Both the position numbers and the translations under genes were made by a program. From positions 7,750,001-7,814,000 of the forward strand of contig OX597826.1 of assembly GCA_951406725.2 (NCBI GenBank): a DNA stretch of 64,000 nt, written 5' to 3'. Each line of letters starts with the position of its first letter. Position 1 is the first letter of the stretch. Shown here piece by piece: positions 1 to 13,959 of this stretch. A model generated the notes under the pieces. That model saw only the letters and a list, made by a program, of their open reading frames with translations. It ran no database searches and was not told the origin of the DNA. This DNA comes from Octopus vulgaris. Lineage: Eukaryota.

Positions 1-277
1 ATAGAAGACAGAAGATAAATAAAGGTACAAGTGTGTGAAACCCTTTTGATGTTGCAATTTTGTATTCTATGGAAAAACAGAAAGACAGGAGAGATTGGAA
101 AACAGAATATCAGAAAGATGATGGTGATATCTCCTCACTTCTATTTCATACAACAATGGATAATACACAGGCTAATTTTCCATTTAGTTCTACCGTTACT
201 CTAGGATATAGTCCATTGATATTTGTCTCGCTACTCAAACTTCCGTACACTACAATAGAATCAATGCGCGTCTGTGA

Positions 278-280
<3 letters not shown>

Positions 281-324
<44 letters not shown>

Positions 325-509
325 TGTGTGTGTGTGTGTGTGTGTAGGTAGATATTTGTCTACATATTAATAGATGCAAGTGAATAGTAAAAAGACATGT
401 ATATATAATGTATGTATATGCATGCGTGTATAATATATATATGTACATATGTATTCATAAATATGTTTATATATCTATACACACACATGCATATGCGCTG
501 TTTATGATT

Positions 510-561
<52 letters not shown>

Positions 562-718
562 TATGTGTGTATGTATTTATGTATGTATGTATATGTGTGT
601 ATATATATATATACATAGGCACACACGCGTGTACGCATATATGAGATTATATTTTCTTTCCCCCTCTTTCTCTCTCTCTCTCTCTCTCTCTGTATATATA
701 TATGTATGTGTGTGTATG

Positions 719-766
<48 letters not shown>

Positions 767-809
767 GATGGATGAATGGATCGATGCATAGATAGATAGC
801 TAGATAGGT

Positions 810-866
<57 letters not shown>

Positions 867-900
867 AATACACACGCTAAGATGCATACTTACATACATA
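281..900. repeat. Compound microsatellites (TA)n/(TG)n/(TATG)n/(TC)n/(GATA)n
   Basis: Directly visible simple repeats; representative of dozens of similar tracts across the window. Confidence 0.95.
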
Positions 901-1808
901 TAATAATAGAAAAGAAAGGCTGTACTCTAAATTATTCAATATCTTTGTCAGACGGAATAACTGAGAAATGGGAAAGGGGTTGGCAACCACTGTAACAGCA
1001 GACAGCCACGTGATGTATTGGAGACAATTAAGAAATAAATAGTATTTGAAAAATTCTTGGAACAGGTGCTGTAATGCAGCAGAGAGCTTGTAGACCGTTG
1101 CCTTGGGTAACAGTCTTTGTGATTGACGAATGAGATTATGAAGGGAGTAGACAGACAAACAGACAGACAAATAGAAGGAAAAAGAAGAAGAAAAAAAGAA
1201 AAAAAAAGAAAAAAAAAAGAAGTAGATTAATTAATTCAATAAAAATAAGAAAAGAAAACAAAACAACGACGACAATAACAATTCCATTAAGAAAAATAAC
1301 AAGAGCAGCCACGACAACAACAACAACAACATCAATAACAAGAAGAATTTTATGAAGGAAACTAACAGCAGCAGGGACAAAATCAACAACAACAACAACA
1401 ACAACAACAATTTATCAGGACAAATAACAGCAACAACAACAGTAGTAGTAGTAGTAGCAGTAGCAGCAGTAGCAATGGTGGTAATGACAACTAACAAGAA
1501 TTTGGTTTATGGTAAGGTGTCACTTATTACCATAATTTTGTGAAAAGTCCTCTCCGCTGCATCTCGCTGCCTGATTTAAAGTCTTCTGTGTCTTGATGTT
1601 GACAGCGAAAATTCGCCATTTTACATTTCAGTTGGCCAGTATTCCTTCTTTTTATAATTGTTACTATTGTCAAGGAAAATGATTTTTGTTTTATTTGTTT
1701 GTTTTATCTCTCCCTTTCTCTATCTCTCCCTCCCTCTCTCTCCCTCTCTCTCTCTCTCTCTGTATATATATATATACATATATATATATACATACATATA
1801 TATATATG

Positions 1809-1888
<80 letters not shown>

Positions 1889-2009
1889 ATATATATACAT
1901 GTATATATTATTGTAGTGTATCATTTCATGATTTGTTTCTTTGGGGGGGGCTGATTTTAATTTTGTTTTTGTGGGGGTTTTTTTGGGGGGGACTGGCAAT
2001 TAAGGAATG

Positions 2010-2478
2010 TATTACTACTACTACTGTTACTATTGCTGCTGCTACTGCTGCAACTGCTGCTGCTGCTGCAACTGCTACTATCACCACTAACGCCATCACC
2101 TCTTCTACTGTTACTACCACGACCACCAACTACAACAGCACTACAGCAAATACTACTACTACTACAACAATCACCACAACCATCATTATCACAACCACTA
2201 CTACTTCTACTACTAATGCTATCACCAACACAACCACAACCAACATTATCACCACCAGTAATGCTACTACTACCACTACTACCACTACTACCACAACTAC
2301 TATTACTATCACCGCCATCAGCAACACCACCATTATAACTACTACTAGCACCAACAACAACAACACCAACCCTACCATTACTACTATTTCTACTTCTAAA
2401 ATGAAGACGGAATGATCACGACGATTTGTTTTACCACTACTACAATTTTTACGATAATTATTATTACTATTATTTTTA

Positions 2479-2519
<41 letters not shown>

Positions 2520-2608
2520 ATAATAATAATTATTATTATTATTTTTATTATTATCAATATCACATAAAAGTCATCTTCATCTTCGTTAGCATTATCATCA
2601 TCATCATG

Positions 2609-2649
<41 letters not shown>

Positions 2650-2668
2650 CATCATCATTATTATTATA
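2010..2668. repeat. Degenerate trinucleotide tracts (ACT/ACC)n then (ATT)n/(ATC)n
   Basis: Directly visible; source of the poly-Thr/Ile/Val ORFs. Confidence 0.9.
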
Positions 2669-2670
2669 TA

Positions 2671-3100
2671 AAGGCGGCGGGCTGGCAGAATCGTTAGTAT
2701 GCTTGACGAACTGCTCAGTGGTATGACGACCATCGCTACGTCCTGAGTTCAAATTCCACCAAGGTTGACTTTGCATTTCATCCTTTCGAGGTCGATAAAT
2801 TAAGTATCCGTGAAAGACTGGGGTCGATGTAATCGACTAATCCACTCCCCACAAATTTAAGGCGGTTAGCTGGCCGAATCGTTAACATCCCGGATTAAAT
2901 GATGGGCGGTATTTCGTCCGTCGTTATGGTCTGAGTTCAAATTTTGCCGAGGTCGGCCTTGCTTTTCCGCTTTTTGGGGTTCGATAAAATAAGACTAAGT
3001 GCCATTTTAAAACTTGGGTCACCTCCTTTCCACGAAATTGCTGGCCTTGTGACACCTCCTTTCCACTATATTGCTGGCCTTGTGACAAAATTTGAAACCA
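2671..3100 (+). mobile_element. Two adjacent copies of SINE family A (tRNA-like head, conserved CCTTTCATCCTTTCGGGGTCGATAAA core)
   Basis: Head GGCGGCGRGCTGGCAGAATCGTTAG, B-box-like GAGTTCAAATTCC; the core recurs more than 20 times in the window. Confidence 0.85.
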
Positions 3101-3496
3101 ATATTATCGCTCTCATCATCGCCATCATAATCATCATCTTCACCATTGATTGCCACATCATCATCATCATAGTTTACTTCAGCATATCGTTTAATATTAT
3201 TGTTATTATTATCGTTATTAATGTCATCAATACTATTTCCGGTTATAAAATTGCCATTCATTTTATTATTATTTTTGTACGTGTCACTATCATCATCATC
3301 GTTATCAACTTCATCATCTTCTCTTAATAATTCAATTAATATAAATTAATATGATTACTATTAGAATTAGTCTAATTAAAATTTTGCCCCTGTGGCAAAT
3401 AAATACACATTTTTTTGTGATAATTAACATGTTAAAATAGTTATTATTGTTTTTTATAATTATTTTCATAATTTTAGCCATAGTGAATTATATATG

Positions 3497-3686
3497 CAGC
3501 AGCAGAGGTGGTGGAGGTGGTCGTAGTTGTAGTGCTAGTGGTGGTGGTTGTGGTAGGTTGCCATGGTGGTGGTAGAAAGTGAAGCAGCAGCAGCAGTAGT
3601 AGTAGTAGTAGTACTAGTAGTAGTAGTAGTAGTAGTAGTAGTTGTTGTTGTTGTTGTTGTAGTAGTAGTAGTAGTAGTAGTAGTAG

Positions 3687-3717
<31 letters not shown>

Positions 3718-3757
3718 AGTAGTAGTAGTAGTAGCAGTAGTAGTAGTAGTAGTAGTA
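3497..3757. repeat. (GTA)n/(GTT)n/(GTG)n microsatellite
   Basis: Directly visible. Confidence 0.9.
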
Positions 3758-3890
3758 ATTAATATGTTGACGTTAGATTTCGAAAGTATTTTGTTTTTGC
3801 ATACTGTTAAAAAATTATCTTGGGCTTCATCCTCATCCCGGTCCTCCTCCCCCTCCTCCTCCTCATCATCATAATATTGATTATGTTTAA

Positions 3891-4265
3891 CGGAGGCGAG
3901 CTGGCAGAAACGCTAGCACGCCGGGTGAAATGCTTAGCGATATTTCGTCTGCCGTTACGTTCTGAGGTCGACTTTGCCTTTCATCCTTTCGGGGTCGATT
4001 AAATAAGAACCAGTTACGCACTGGAGTCGATATAATCGACTTAATCCGTTTGCCTGTCTTTGTTTGTCCTCTCTGTGTTTAGACCGTTGTGGGTAGTAAA
4101 GAAAGAAGTATTTCGTCTGCCGCTACGTTCTGAGTTCAAATTCCGCCGAGTCCACTTTCATCCATTCAGGGACGCTAAATTAAATACCATTTGCGTAGTG
4201 GGATAGATCTAATCGATTAGTCCCCCTCCCCAAGAATTTCGGGCCTCGTTTCTAGAGTAGAAAAG
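3891..4265 (+). mobile_element. SINE family A dimer
   Basis: Head plus two tandem body units. Confidence 0.85.
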
Positions 4266-5149
4266 AATATTGATTGTAAATCATATCATTATCAGTTTTA
4301 ATACTATTATCAATATATATTATTAACAGAAGCGGAATCTCTGGAAATATGATGAACTCTAAATATTATTTTCTTTTGTGTAGTATATATTCATGCATAA
4401 ATAATATTATTTGAAACAGATTATTTCATTATGCTAAAAATTTCAAATCTTTACTTATCGTTTCATAAATAAAATTGTTTAAAAGTGTGTGACTCGAACA
4501 TCTACACTATGTGACTGAGAAACTAGCAGAATAATTCCTTCTCCTAAAGGCACAAGGCCGGAAATTTGATGGAAGAGACTAGTCAACTACGTGATCCACA
4601 ATACGCAATTGGTAATTATTTTATCAACCCCGAAAGAATAAAGGACAAAAGATGATACAGCAGACTTTGAACTTAGCCGGAAGAATGTAACGAAGCATAT
4701 TGTCAAACGCGCTAACGATTCTACCATCTCAATCCGTATTTTTCGAAATAATCCTTTCGAATATTGGCACAATGCCTGAAATTTTAATGTCGGAGGCTAA
4801 TCGTTTGCAACGACTCCAGTGCTTAATTGGAGCCTGTTTTATTGACCCTAAAGGGTTAACCAGTAAAATCGACTTCGGTGGAATTTAAACTCAGAACGTA
4901 AAGCTGGAAGAAATGATTTAAGCATTCTGCGATCTTACAGAATTATATACATTATTATTAATTTCAGGGGCCACAGAAAGATCCATGTTATAAATGTTCG
5001 ACTTTCTATAAATTTCTATAAATGAGTTAGACCTGTTCGTTGTTGTTTGCGCAAAACATATCGGTTATGTCTTCGATTTCGTTCAATAGTTCAGGTCGTT
5101 TAAAGCGTAACACTTGCATATATGTATGAAGGCACTTAATGAAATATGA

Positions 5150-6800
5150 GATAATATTTTAGATATTACTACTTAAAATTACTGTGCAAACAAGAGCATG
5201 ACAAATAACAACCCCAGCGACAACAATTACTAGAATAAGAGCATACAGATTATCTTCTCATCTGCACTGTTCTCCTGAAGGAAAACTGTAGATTAAAGTG
5301 AGAGTACGTGACTGTGTGCAGTGGAGCAGGATTTCCCGGTAGCTTTCTTTGTAGACGAAATAGCGTTTTCCAATTTCTGTTTTGTAATCCTACTTGGTCA
5401 TATTTGGAGTGGATTACCTCAATATAGTGAACTTGAGTCGGTTCCGAACGAAGGGAACTTGTTTAACTGATGTAGAACAATCAACATAAATGAAATAGCT
5501 ACTAGAGAGACCATAAGTTTCGATGCTCTCCATGACTCTCATCGTATTTGTAATACTGTATTTCGGAAAATACCGGGATCATCAGGGTAAGACCGTTTTT
5601 CGGTAGCCTAGTATTGTTGTTTCTGGTCATGAATAACAGTAATTTCAGTTTTGCAACCTTTATTCTCCGACTGCGGCTGGCAATGATAAATTCTTCAAGC
5701 GTCTTGAATTGTTGTTGGGAGCATCCAGCTTTGGATTAGACGTTAGTACATATCTGTATTTAGATGGTGGTAATGCTGGCTGTAAGCAGTCTGGGTTGGC
5801 TTCCCTTTCCTTCGCTTACTTCTTAGATTTTTAAAAGAGGCAACCCGCAACGCAAGAGATACTTGCACTCAACGTCGGCCAACTAGCAAAGCCAACAGTT
5901 ATATTACCTCTAATTGTCTGTCTGACTGCATTAATCATTAACTGGTGAAAATGTATGTTTTCTGCAAAACTTTACAGAAAGTTAAGGCTCTTTGCATTAT
6001 TACTGCGATTCATAATAATACCCCGTTATATAATTTGGTGTTCACGTCGAATAAAAATTAATTATTTTTCAATCTAAGATGTTATCATCTGAGAAAGTCT
6101 GCGTTCTTGCAATTAACCGTTCATTTCCGAGCTATTTCAATGTAAGCTTTGAAAAGTAGACTTTTGATACTATCAATTACCGAATACTTCCAACTTAAGT
6201 AAAGTTTGCGCATTGCTACAACGCTAATTGGTGTCCTTGTCTAAAAGCATTTCCAGTGTCTGCCATGTCACATCCAACATTTCAGTAATCTGTAACAATA
6301 CGATGTTCACTTCAGAAACTGTATATGTGATTAGTGTTAGTGGTGTTGGTAGTGGTGTTGGTGGTGGTGGTGGTGGTGGTGATGGTGTAGGGATTCACCA
6401 TTACTTAAGTCGTTAATTCTTTGATTTTTATATTCACTTTCTTTTTGCAGGTTTAGTTTCAAAACTTATCAGCTCTCTGTCTTTGAGTAGTCGAGGAATT
6501 ATCGCTTAAAATTCTAGACATCATTTGTAATTATAGCATTATCAATAAAGATTAATACAAGATATTTTGCAGGTAGAAAACTACAGGATTGTCTCTTTCT
6601 GACTGTCTTGAAATCCTCTTAAACAGATTTATTTATTACATAATCCACCAGAACGTTCATCTGCATTTGACGTCCACAAAATAACGTGCAGTGGCTGATG
6701 TTATGGAGACAGGCGCTAAACCTAACACCTCGGTATATACTCCGAAATGAAAACAGCGCTCAAGAGGTTGACTTGCCGTCTGTGTGTGAGACACGTCTTT
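5150..6800 (-). mobile_element. Highly decayed non-LTR retrotransposon (RTE-like APE-RT ORF)
   Basis: Minus-strand translation gives SEHRIVT (APE SDH motif, ~6300), RVMESIETYGLSSSYFIYVDCS (similar to RT 'RRIIE...LFVDFSKAF', ~5480-5545) and QKLENAISS (similar to 'PEKLVNAI'); many stops and frameshifts. Confidence 0.55.
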
Positions 6801-7342
6801 CGGAATGTCATCACTTTGACGAAACTGGAGTTCTGGATCAAATGCTGAACGTAAGTGGGCCTTTGATATTTGGCACGATGCAAGACACTCATTCCTTTCT
6901 ACCAGCTAGATAATGAGGTTTAACTGATAGGAAAGCTGAAAAGCCAACACTTTCAATCTAAGGTGTGTTAACGGACATTATTTCAAATATTAGAGTGGGA
7001 ACGATGTGAGTAGCATTTTGTATCACAGACTGATTGAGTAGTATGGCTAATTTCCCGGCATCATTGGCTCAGTGTGCTATACTAGAGAGCATCGCATGTT
7101 CAGGATATATTGTCTACAGGCATGGGCGCGTTGAAAACGTCAAAAACCGAAGGTCACCGAGGTGCGGACGTGCGTGAACGACCGACTGGCATGCAGCCGT
7201 TCCTTTTATGTGCCGTTGCTAGTTCTTGAAGATTTATCATACTCAGTTGTATGACATGCTAGACTGAAACAATTACCAACTGAGTTTATTGTGAAAACCG
7301 AATCAGCGTCTTTCTTTGCTAGGTGAAACATCAGTTAATCTA

Positions 7343-8017
7343 TTAGGTTACCCGGAAAGTTCGTGCCGATTTCTAATGGAAAGAAAAAAGTCAATAAATA
7401 CTTGCTATTACATTTTTAATCAACCAAATATGAACGATTTTGTTGCACAATACGTCTCCATCTTTCCTTTAACTTGAAAATACCCTCTTCAAGTACCCTT
7501 GTATTGTTGTTTCTGGTCATGAATAACAGTAATTTGAGGTTTGTAACCTTTATTCTCCGACTGTGACTGGCAATGCTGAATTCTTCAAGCGTCTTGAGTT
7601 GTTGTTGAGGTGGTTTCATAGCAAAGAATTCATCGAGGTATCTTTTTACGTCATTCAAGGAATTGAAATTTTTACCATTAAGACTATTCTGCGGAGACAT
7701 GAATAAGTGGAAATCCGAAGGAGCAATATCTGGTGAATATGGAGGGTGGGGTGACACATTCCAGCTGAGCTGCAGCAATTTTTGTCTGGTTCGCAAAGCA
7801 TCAAGTAACGAAAATAAACTTTCTTATCTTCCATTTTAAAGGGTTACAGAATTAACACAGGTCATAGGAACATAAACCTTCTTCCACGAAAAGATAGCTT
7901 AAACTGTGCTCTAAATGGAAGGTGTAGTCAAATCCTATTTTATGAAATCAACCATGTTCTAAAATAAGTCGAAAGATAAGCTACTATAAATCGGCACGAA
8001 CTTTCCGGACAACCCAA
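7343..8017 (-). mobile_element. Internally deleted mariner transposon with both TIRs and TA TSD
   Basis: ~30-bp TIRs ttaggttacccggaaagttcgtgccgattt / aaatcggcacgaactttccggacaacccaa flanked by TA; N-terminal MEDKKVYFRYL fused to C-terminal HPPYSPDIAPSDFHLF...GIFKLKERW. Confidence 0.92.
7416..7834 (-). pseudogene. Mariner transposase remnant (YSPDIAPSD motif)
   Basis: ORF 7416..7796 carries the mariner catalytic-end motif; most of the DNA-binding and catalytic regions are deleted. Confidence 0.9.
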
Positions 8018-8446
8018 TAGTATTGTGTAGTAGTTATTGGCTAAAGATGCAGTTGAGAAGCTTGGAAACAAGGGGTTTTCTCTCGGTCTTATTGAATTAT
8101 TGAAATAAAAGCGAAAAAGGAAAATACGGTAAAATAACGGTGGTGTTAGTGTCTCGTTCTTTTCAATGTTATAAAACATGGGTAACAGTGAAGAGATTGG
8201 CATGTTTGAATAGAACACATAACTTAAGCAGACGAAAGATCGGAAGAAATTACCAGGAAAAGACGCTTGACATTAGTTAAACCAGCGTTATGTAGACAGG
8301 AGTTGGAAATCTCCGAAAATTGTCTGCATTTAGGATTTAATTATTTTTAATTAATATACTGATGATAATCAATATTATTCGTTTACTAATCTCTCGTTAA
8401 TACTATTAATTGTCTTCATACTATTACAACATGAGCCCACCCCCCA

Positions 8447-8491
<45 letters not shown>

Positions 8492-8959
8492 TGTTTCTTG
8501 CTTGTTATATTTTTATCTATTTCGCATATATGCTGTCTCCTACGTCTCGGGTCCGTCTCAGCAATACACGAAATGATCATCCTCCTCCGCCTCCTCCTCC
8601 TCATCATCATCATCATCACCACCATCATCATCATCATCATTGTTGATATTGTTGTTGATGCTGTATTTTGGAAAACAAAGACTAAATCATGTTTATCCGT
8701 CTCTGACCGTCTGCCTGCCTGGCTATGTGTCTGTCTTCTAATTGTATCGTATCTGTATGTATGTATATGTGTACCTTAGTGTGTGTACATACGTGTATAT
8801 ATCTGTATGTGTTTATACGTGCTTTTGTCTGCAGAATATGTGTATATTGTTCTAGGATTACACTCAAACACATACTCTCAAACATCCTTACATAAATATA
8901 CACGAATATACGCATATGTATGCACACACACGCACGCACGCTCACACACATATACACAC

Positions 8960-9018
<59 letters not shown>

Positions 9019-9784
9019 TGTATGTATGTATGTATGTATTAATATATCTATGTATTTAAACATACATATGTATATAAATGCACGTATCATACATGTATGC
9101 CTGTGTGTATGTGTGCGCCTACGAGTAGCTGTATGTGGGTAAGCATGTGGATGCGTGTGGCTGTCAATGGTGGCCTTAGCGGAGGACTCATATAAAATTC
9201 TTCGCATAGAAATTGCAATGCCAAGATTTCAGCCTGTCATCAGAGACTGCCTTCTTAATTAGTATAGATGTCTGCAACGAAAGAAAGGGATGTAAGCCTG
9301 ACAAAAGTTTTAAATTGAACTGAGAACGCTGTGTAGACTAATGGGCCTCCAGGGAACAGTGTATATCTCGCAGGGCAGATGTATGTCTCCCAAACTACAC
9401 TTGGCCACACTCATACACAGAAAAACACAGACATGCATACATACATACATACATACATACATACATACATACATACATACATACATACATACATACATAC
9501 ATACATACATACATACATACATGCATACATACATACATATAAATATACATACATGCATACATACAAACATACATACATGCATACATACATGTAGTGTATA
9601 TATAAATATGTGTACACGTACTCAAGCGCACATACTGCACTTCATATTGTAGCATGGCTACGTAGTCGCAGGCATGTATACATGTACATAGATTTTTAGA
9701 AAGATAGATATACACATATGGTAAATGTAGATAGATAAGTAGATGGATATACAGAAATACAGAACGATCTGGTTAGACAGACAG

Positions 9785-9838
<54 letters not shown>

Positions 9839-9839
9839 G

Positions 9840-9874
<35 letters not shown>

Positions 9875-9975
9875 GCAGTAGTAGTAGTTACAGATCAGGA
9901 TACTGAGAAACTGTTAAGTGTACAAATACACTTGCATCTCTCTCTCCCCCTTCTCATTTTCTATTTATCTATCTA

Positions 9976-10016
<41 letters not shown>

Positions 10017-10734
10017 CTGATTCATGCAGTGCTCTTCCTCTTTCTATCTATATCTATACTCTATAGTATATATATATATATAGAGAGAGAGAGAGAAAGA
10101 AGCAGGTAGACAGAAGGGAGATTATATCATTGTATAAATATAATGTTATGTGAATGGGTTATATCAAATTCACGTATGTATCTATGAATATACCTGTATT
10201 GATTTGAATGTCTGTGTTCATCTGCATGAGACGGTGATCGATGGATCAATAAATACCTAGATTTTAAAGGAATGAGAACTAGAAAGAGCATATGGTTTAT
10301 TTTCATATTATTCTTAGAAATTTGAATATATTCTTCTTACATCTACGCAGTTGTACGTATAAACATATGTAATATCTCTGAATTTTGAGGGCATATTCTT
10401 ATCCATTATTATCAGAATAGTCAGCTAATGTACTTAATTTTGCAATTAGAGAAATGTTGATCAATTTAATTATTTATTCCTTCATTCAGTCATGTTATAT
10501 ATTTGGTGGCGGATAAACATCATTGAATAATCGATGTCCAATTCTAGTTCAAATAAAGAAAGGGAGATAAACACTGAATTTAAATAAAGTCCATTTAATC
10601 TAAAATTATGTTCGGTTTGAAATGATTCTAATTTTTGTTATATAATGATACATGAGATATTTCGTTTACATAAGACAACATCTGTGATTTCCATTTTACT
10701 TGCAAATTTCATATGTAAAATTCTCAGAATATTT

Positions 10735-11136
10735 GGATCTTTGCGGTTTGAACGGCAGTTTTTAACATCATTTCTAGGTAACTAGAAAATGTTAAACTTC
10801 GTATACTGGTAGAATGTGTTTATAAAACATCTTTTTCTCTTGGCTTTATTGAGAAAATTCTATAGTTTGTAAGATATTTGTTCTTTTTTTTCTTAAATTT
10901 CTGCCAATCACTGACGTCTATTGAGGTAAAAAACATTCTGTGCCGTATGAATACGTCCCTCGTTTAAGAAACAGATTGGGTTTATTTACATTTGTGAAGA
11001 AAAAAAAGATACCCTTCCCCTAACCCTAACCCTAAAACAGATTGAAATGCAATAGATTGATACTAGGGTCATAATTATGGGTGATAATTTCATATGACAC
11101 CGCTAGAAAAAACTGCCGTTCAAACCGAAAAGATCC
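10735..11136. mobile_element. ~400-bp MITE, TIR GGATCTTT(T/G)CGGTTTGAACGGCAGTTTTT, 8-bp TSD GAATATTT
   Basis: Near-perfect ~29-bp TIRs; GAATATTT at 10727-10734 and 11137-11144; second copy at 20412. Confidence 0.92.
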
Positions 11137-11735
11137 GAATATTTAACTCTAATACAAAGGGGTAGACTGTGTCACTGATGATGTCGAATATGGCGTAAAA
11201 ATTTATCTGATGAGGACAAGACTGAAACACTTATGATTAGCATTTTTAGTTAATTTTTATAAATATAAAATCCGAGATTGCCTCCCTTGAAATTTTTGAC
11301 AACAAATAATCATTTAGTAAATATTTTTGAAAAGGTGAGCTCTTGGTATTGTGAATTCTATGCATACAAATATATGTCTTCAGTAAAACTGTAGCTAACA
11401 ACTGCACAAAGACACATTCTTGCATGCAAACACACACAAATATCACACACACTTGTCTACATGAATAGCAAAATAAAGCACTACCAAAGACAAGACAGGA
11501 GCGTCATTGCATTTTACTTTTAATTTGGTTTAATTAGTTTACCTCCGAAATGCCCTTGTCTTGAATTTATTTTTACATTAATCATTTATTTAATACTTTT
11601 ACTCATCATCGTTAAGGGTGTATTTTTAATGAATTTAATTAATGATTTGTGACAATATGTATATCTACGCCCAGTTTACCCATTCATTTTCGTGCAGCAG
11701 GCGTCTCTGAGCTCACAATCATACACATACACACA

Positions 11736-11801
11736 AGCCCAAGATTCCGAGTTAGATTCCAAGCAGTGGACCTGAACAATAACAATAATAATAATAATGA
11801 C

Positions 11802-11868
<67 letters not shown>

Positions 11869-12023
11869 TCGAAAAATACCTAGGTCCTAAATCTCCCCAA
11901 GACACCTGAAGAAGGCTGGAGGGTATATCAGCTGAAATGTTGTGTTATCAACAAACAAGAGGAAGACCAATATTTGTCAAATGTAAATAATGTAAATAAT
12001 TCCTCATCACTTAAATATTAAAC
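11736..12023 (+). mobile_element. tRNA-headed element with (AAT)n spacer and hammerhead-bearing tail (5' degraded copy)
   Basis: B-box-like gagttagattcc, (AAT)n, then gacac-CTGAAGA-aggctg...cagct-GAAA-tgttgtgtt; homologous to 59160-59824. Confidence 0.75.
11901..11946 (+). ncRNA. Minimal type I hammerhead ribozyme motif (degenerate)
   Basis: Stem I gacac/gtgtt, CTGAAGA core, stem II ggctg/cagct, GAAA. Confidence 0.6.
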
Positions 12024-12519
12024 CGTGAGGTAATGTGTTTAGCTCCGGAATACAACGAATCATCTGGAGTAGGGAACTACGATCTCGCGATTATGGGTGT
12101 CGCTCCCTAACCACTAGGCCATTCTCCCTCACATATAAATATAAATAAAATTTTCGTGAATTAGTATGGCTATGATCATTAAAACGCTTGCAGTGTGACG
12201 TAATCGTGAATCGCTAAAATTGTAAGCGTTAAATGTAAAGAGAACGTAGTTTATTTAATAGGGGTGCTATTTATTTTAACCATACTAAGTAGTAATGAAA
12301 CACGAAACAGAATCAAGAAGGACTGAGATTAGATAAGTTCAGGGAAGTAATTTCAGGTCAACGAATCTCCTGATGCTCTTTCCGATGTAAACTTAGGCCG
12401 TCATTCATTCGGAATTAGGATATCCATAATTGGTCGTATACATATTTTTATAATTATGAATATTAGTCGCAATACTATTGGCACACACTTATGCGTGTAT
12501 ATAAATATATGAATGTATA

Positions 12520-12702
12520 TTAGCCACTACACACATTTGTTTCTCTCCTTGTTTCTCTCCTTGTTTTTTCTGTGTCCCTCTCTGTAGAAGAGCGTAGGCT
12601 CGAAATGTAAAATACTTTTTTCTATTCTTGAGCGTTATACTAATACATCAGTTTGTTTTGTACACCAGCTGTCTTCGTCTTTTGTTTTTTTTGTAAACTC
12701 TC
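12520..12702 (+). mobile_element. PLE-like terminal repeat with CTGTAGA hammerhead variant
   Basis: ctCTGTAGAagagc-gtag-gctcGAAAtgtaaaa; homologous copies at 23505, 48175 and 53535 on the minus strand. Confidence 0.65.
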
Positions 12703-12716
12703 GCAATATATATATA

Positions 12717-12755
<39 letters not shown>

Positions 12756-13101
12756 GGGTGTGTGCGTGTGTACGTGTGTGTGAATGAGTGTACGTGAGTG
12801 TTTGTATGTGTATGAGTGTTACGTAAAATAGACATATTATTTAGATGCACATAACTGCTTAAAACTCAGCTGAATAAACTCATGCATCCACACATTTATA
12901 CATACACATATTCTCAGATACACACACATTCATATACACACACAAACACACACACACACATATACAGACACACACTTATATATGCTGTGTTTAGAAAGAG
13001 AGCGATATAAAGTGCTTGGGGCAAAAACGGTTTCAATTCTCTATTCTTTCTTCCTTCGTCCTTGAAAATTTTACAGCGTTTCTCATGCACACAAACTACG
13101 T

Positions 13102-13132
<31 letters not shown>

Positions 13133-13191
13133 GACAGACAAAGGCACGCATCTATGGAAGCTGTACACATACATATACCCTCATATTTACA

Positions 13192-13236
<45 letters not shown>

Positions 13237-13959
13237 ATATATATGTATATGTATATATATATGTATATATACATACACAACATAGATTGAGGCACATATG
13301 GCACATATGGACACATAGAATACATACATACATCTATCCAAAAAAGGAAAACGGGACAGGTAGAGGGAGTGGTGTTGATAGACTCCTACGCTTCCTGTGT
13401 TATTTATTCCACCATTCTTGCTAATAATATCGGAAGTGTAGACAATAAATATTATTTCAAACCCTGCATAGTATTCTTCCTCCTTTCCAATAACAGTAAG
13501 GGCCTCCATTGAAATACTTAGGATTTTATTTACAATTACGATGTAATTAAAATAAAATTACTAGTAACTTGAGATACACGTATTAACTGAATATGATGGC
13601 GTTTATAGTTAATACGAACTATCATAGAGAGCCTCTATGTGTTTATTCGATATGCTGGAAGTAGTAACCAAATCTTCCTCCACTACACAGTCCAGTCTTA
13701 GAATAAGGTACACTGAACAATGTGATTCTGGTTTCTTTGCACATTGGGGATTGTCACGCGTGGATGTGAATATCTGTCATCATTGAGCTATTTGATGTAC
13801 GTAGACGTCAGGTTAAACAATAGCAAGCGACACACGGATGGTGTTTCCAAGTGCTTGCTAATATATTTTCAAACTCCACAATATACGTGTATACATAAGT
13901 ATGTGTGTGTGTGCGTGAGTGTGTGTGCAACTTCTGTCTCTTATTTTTATTTGTTTTAG

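Noticed and set aside
146-2776. Long ORFs rich in YI/VC/HT/T/I, e.g. 1699..2415 (238 aa)
   Set aside because: Translations of microsatellites; the same applies to nearly all ORF-track entries in the window
11019-11036. Telomeric TAACCC repeats
   Set aside because: Only 2-3 units, internal to a MITE; not a chromosome end
11208-11230. CTGATGA...GAAAC hammerhead-like match (also 27259-27290 and 54428-54455)
   Set aside because: Stems I/II do not pair convincingly; could be chance or a heavily decayed copy
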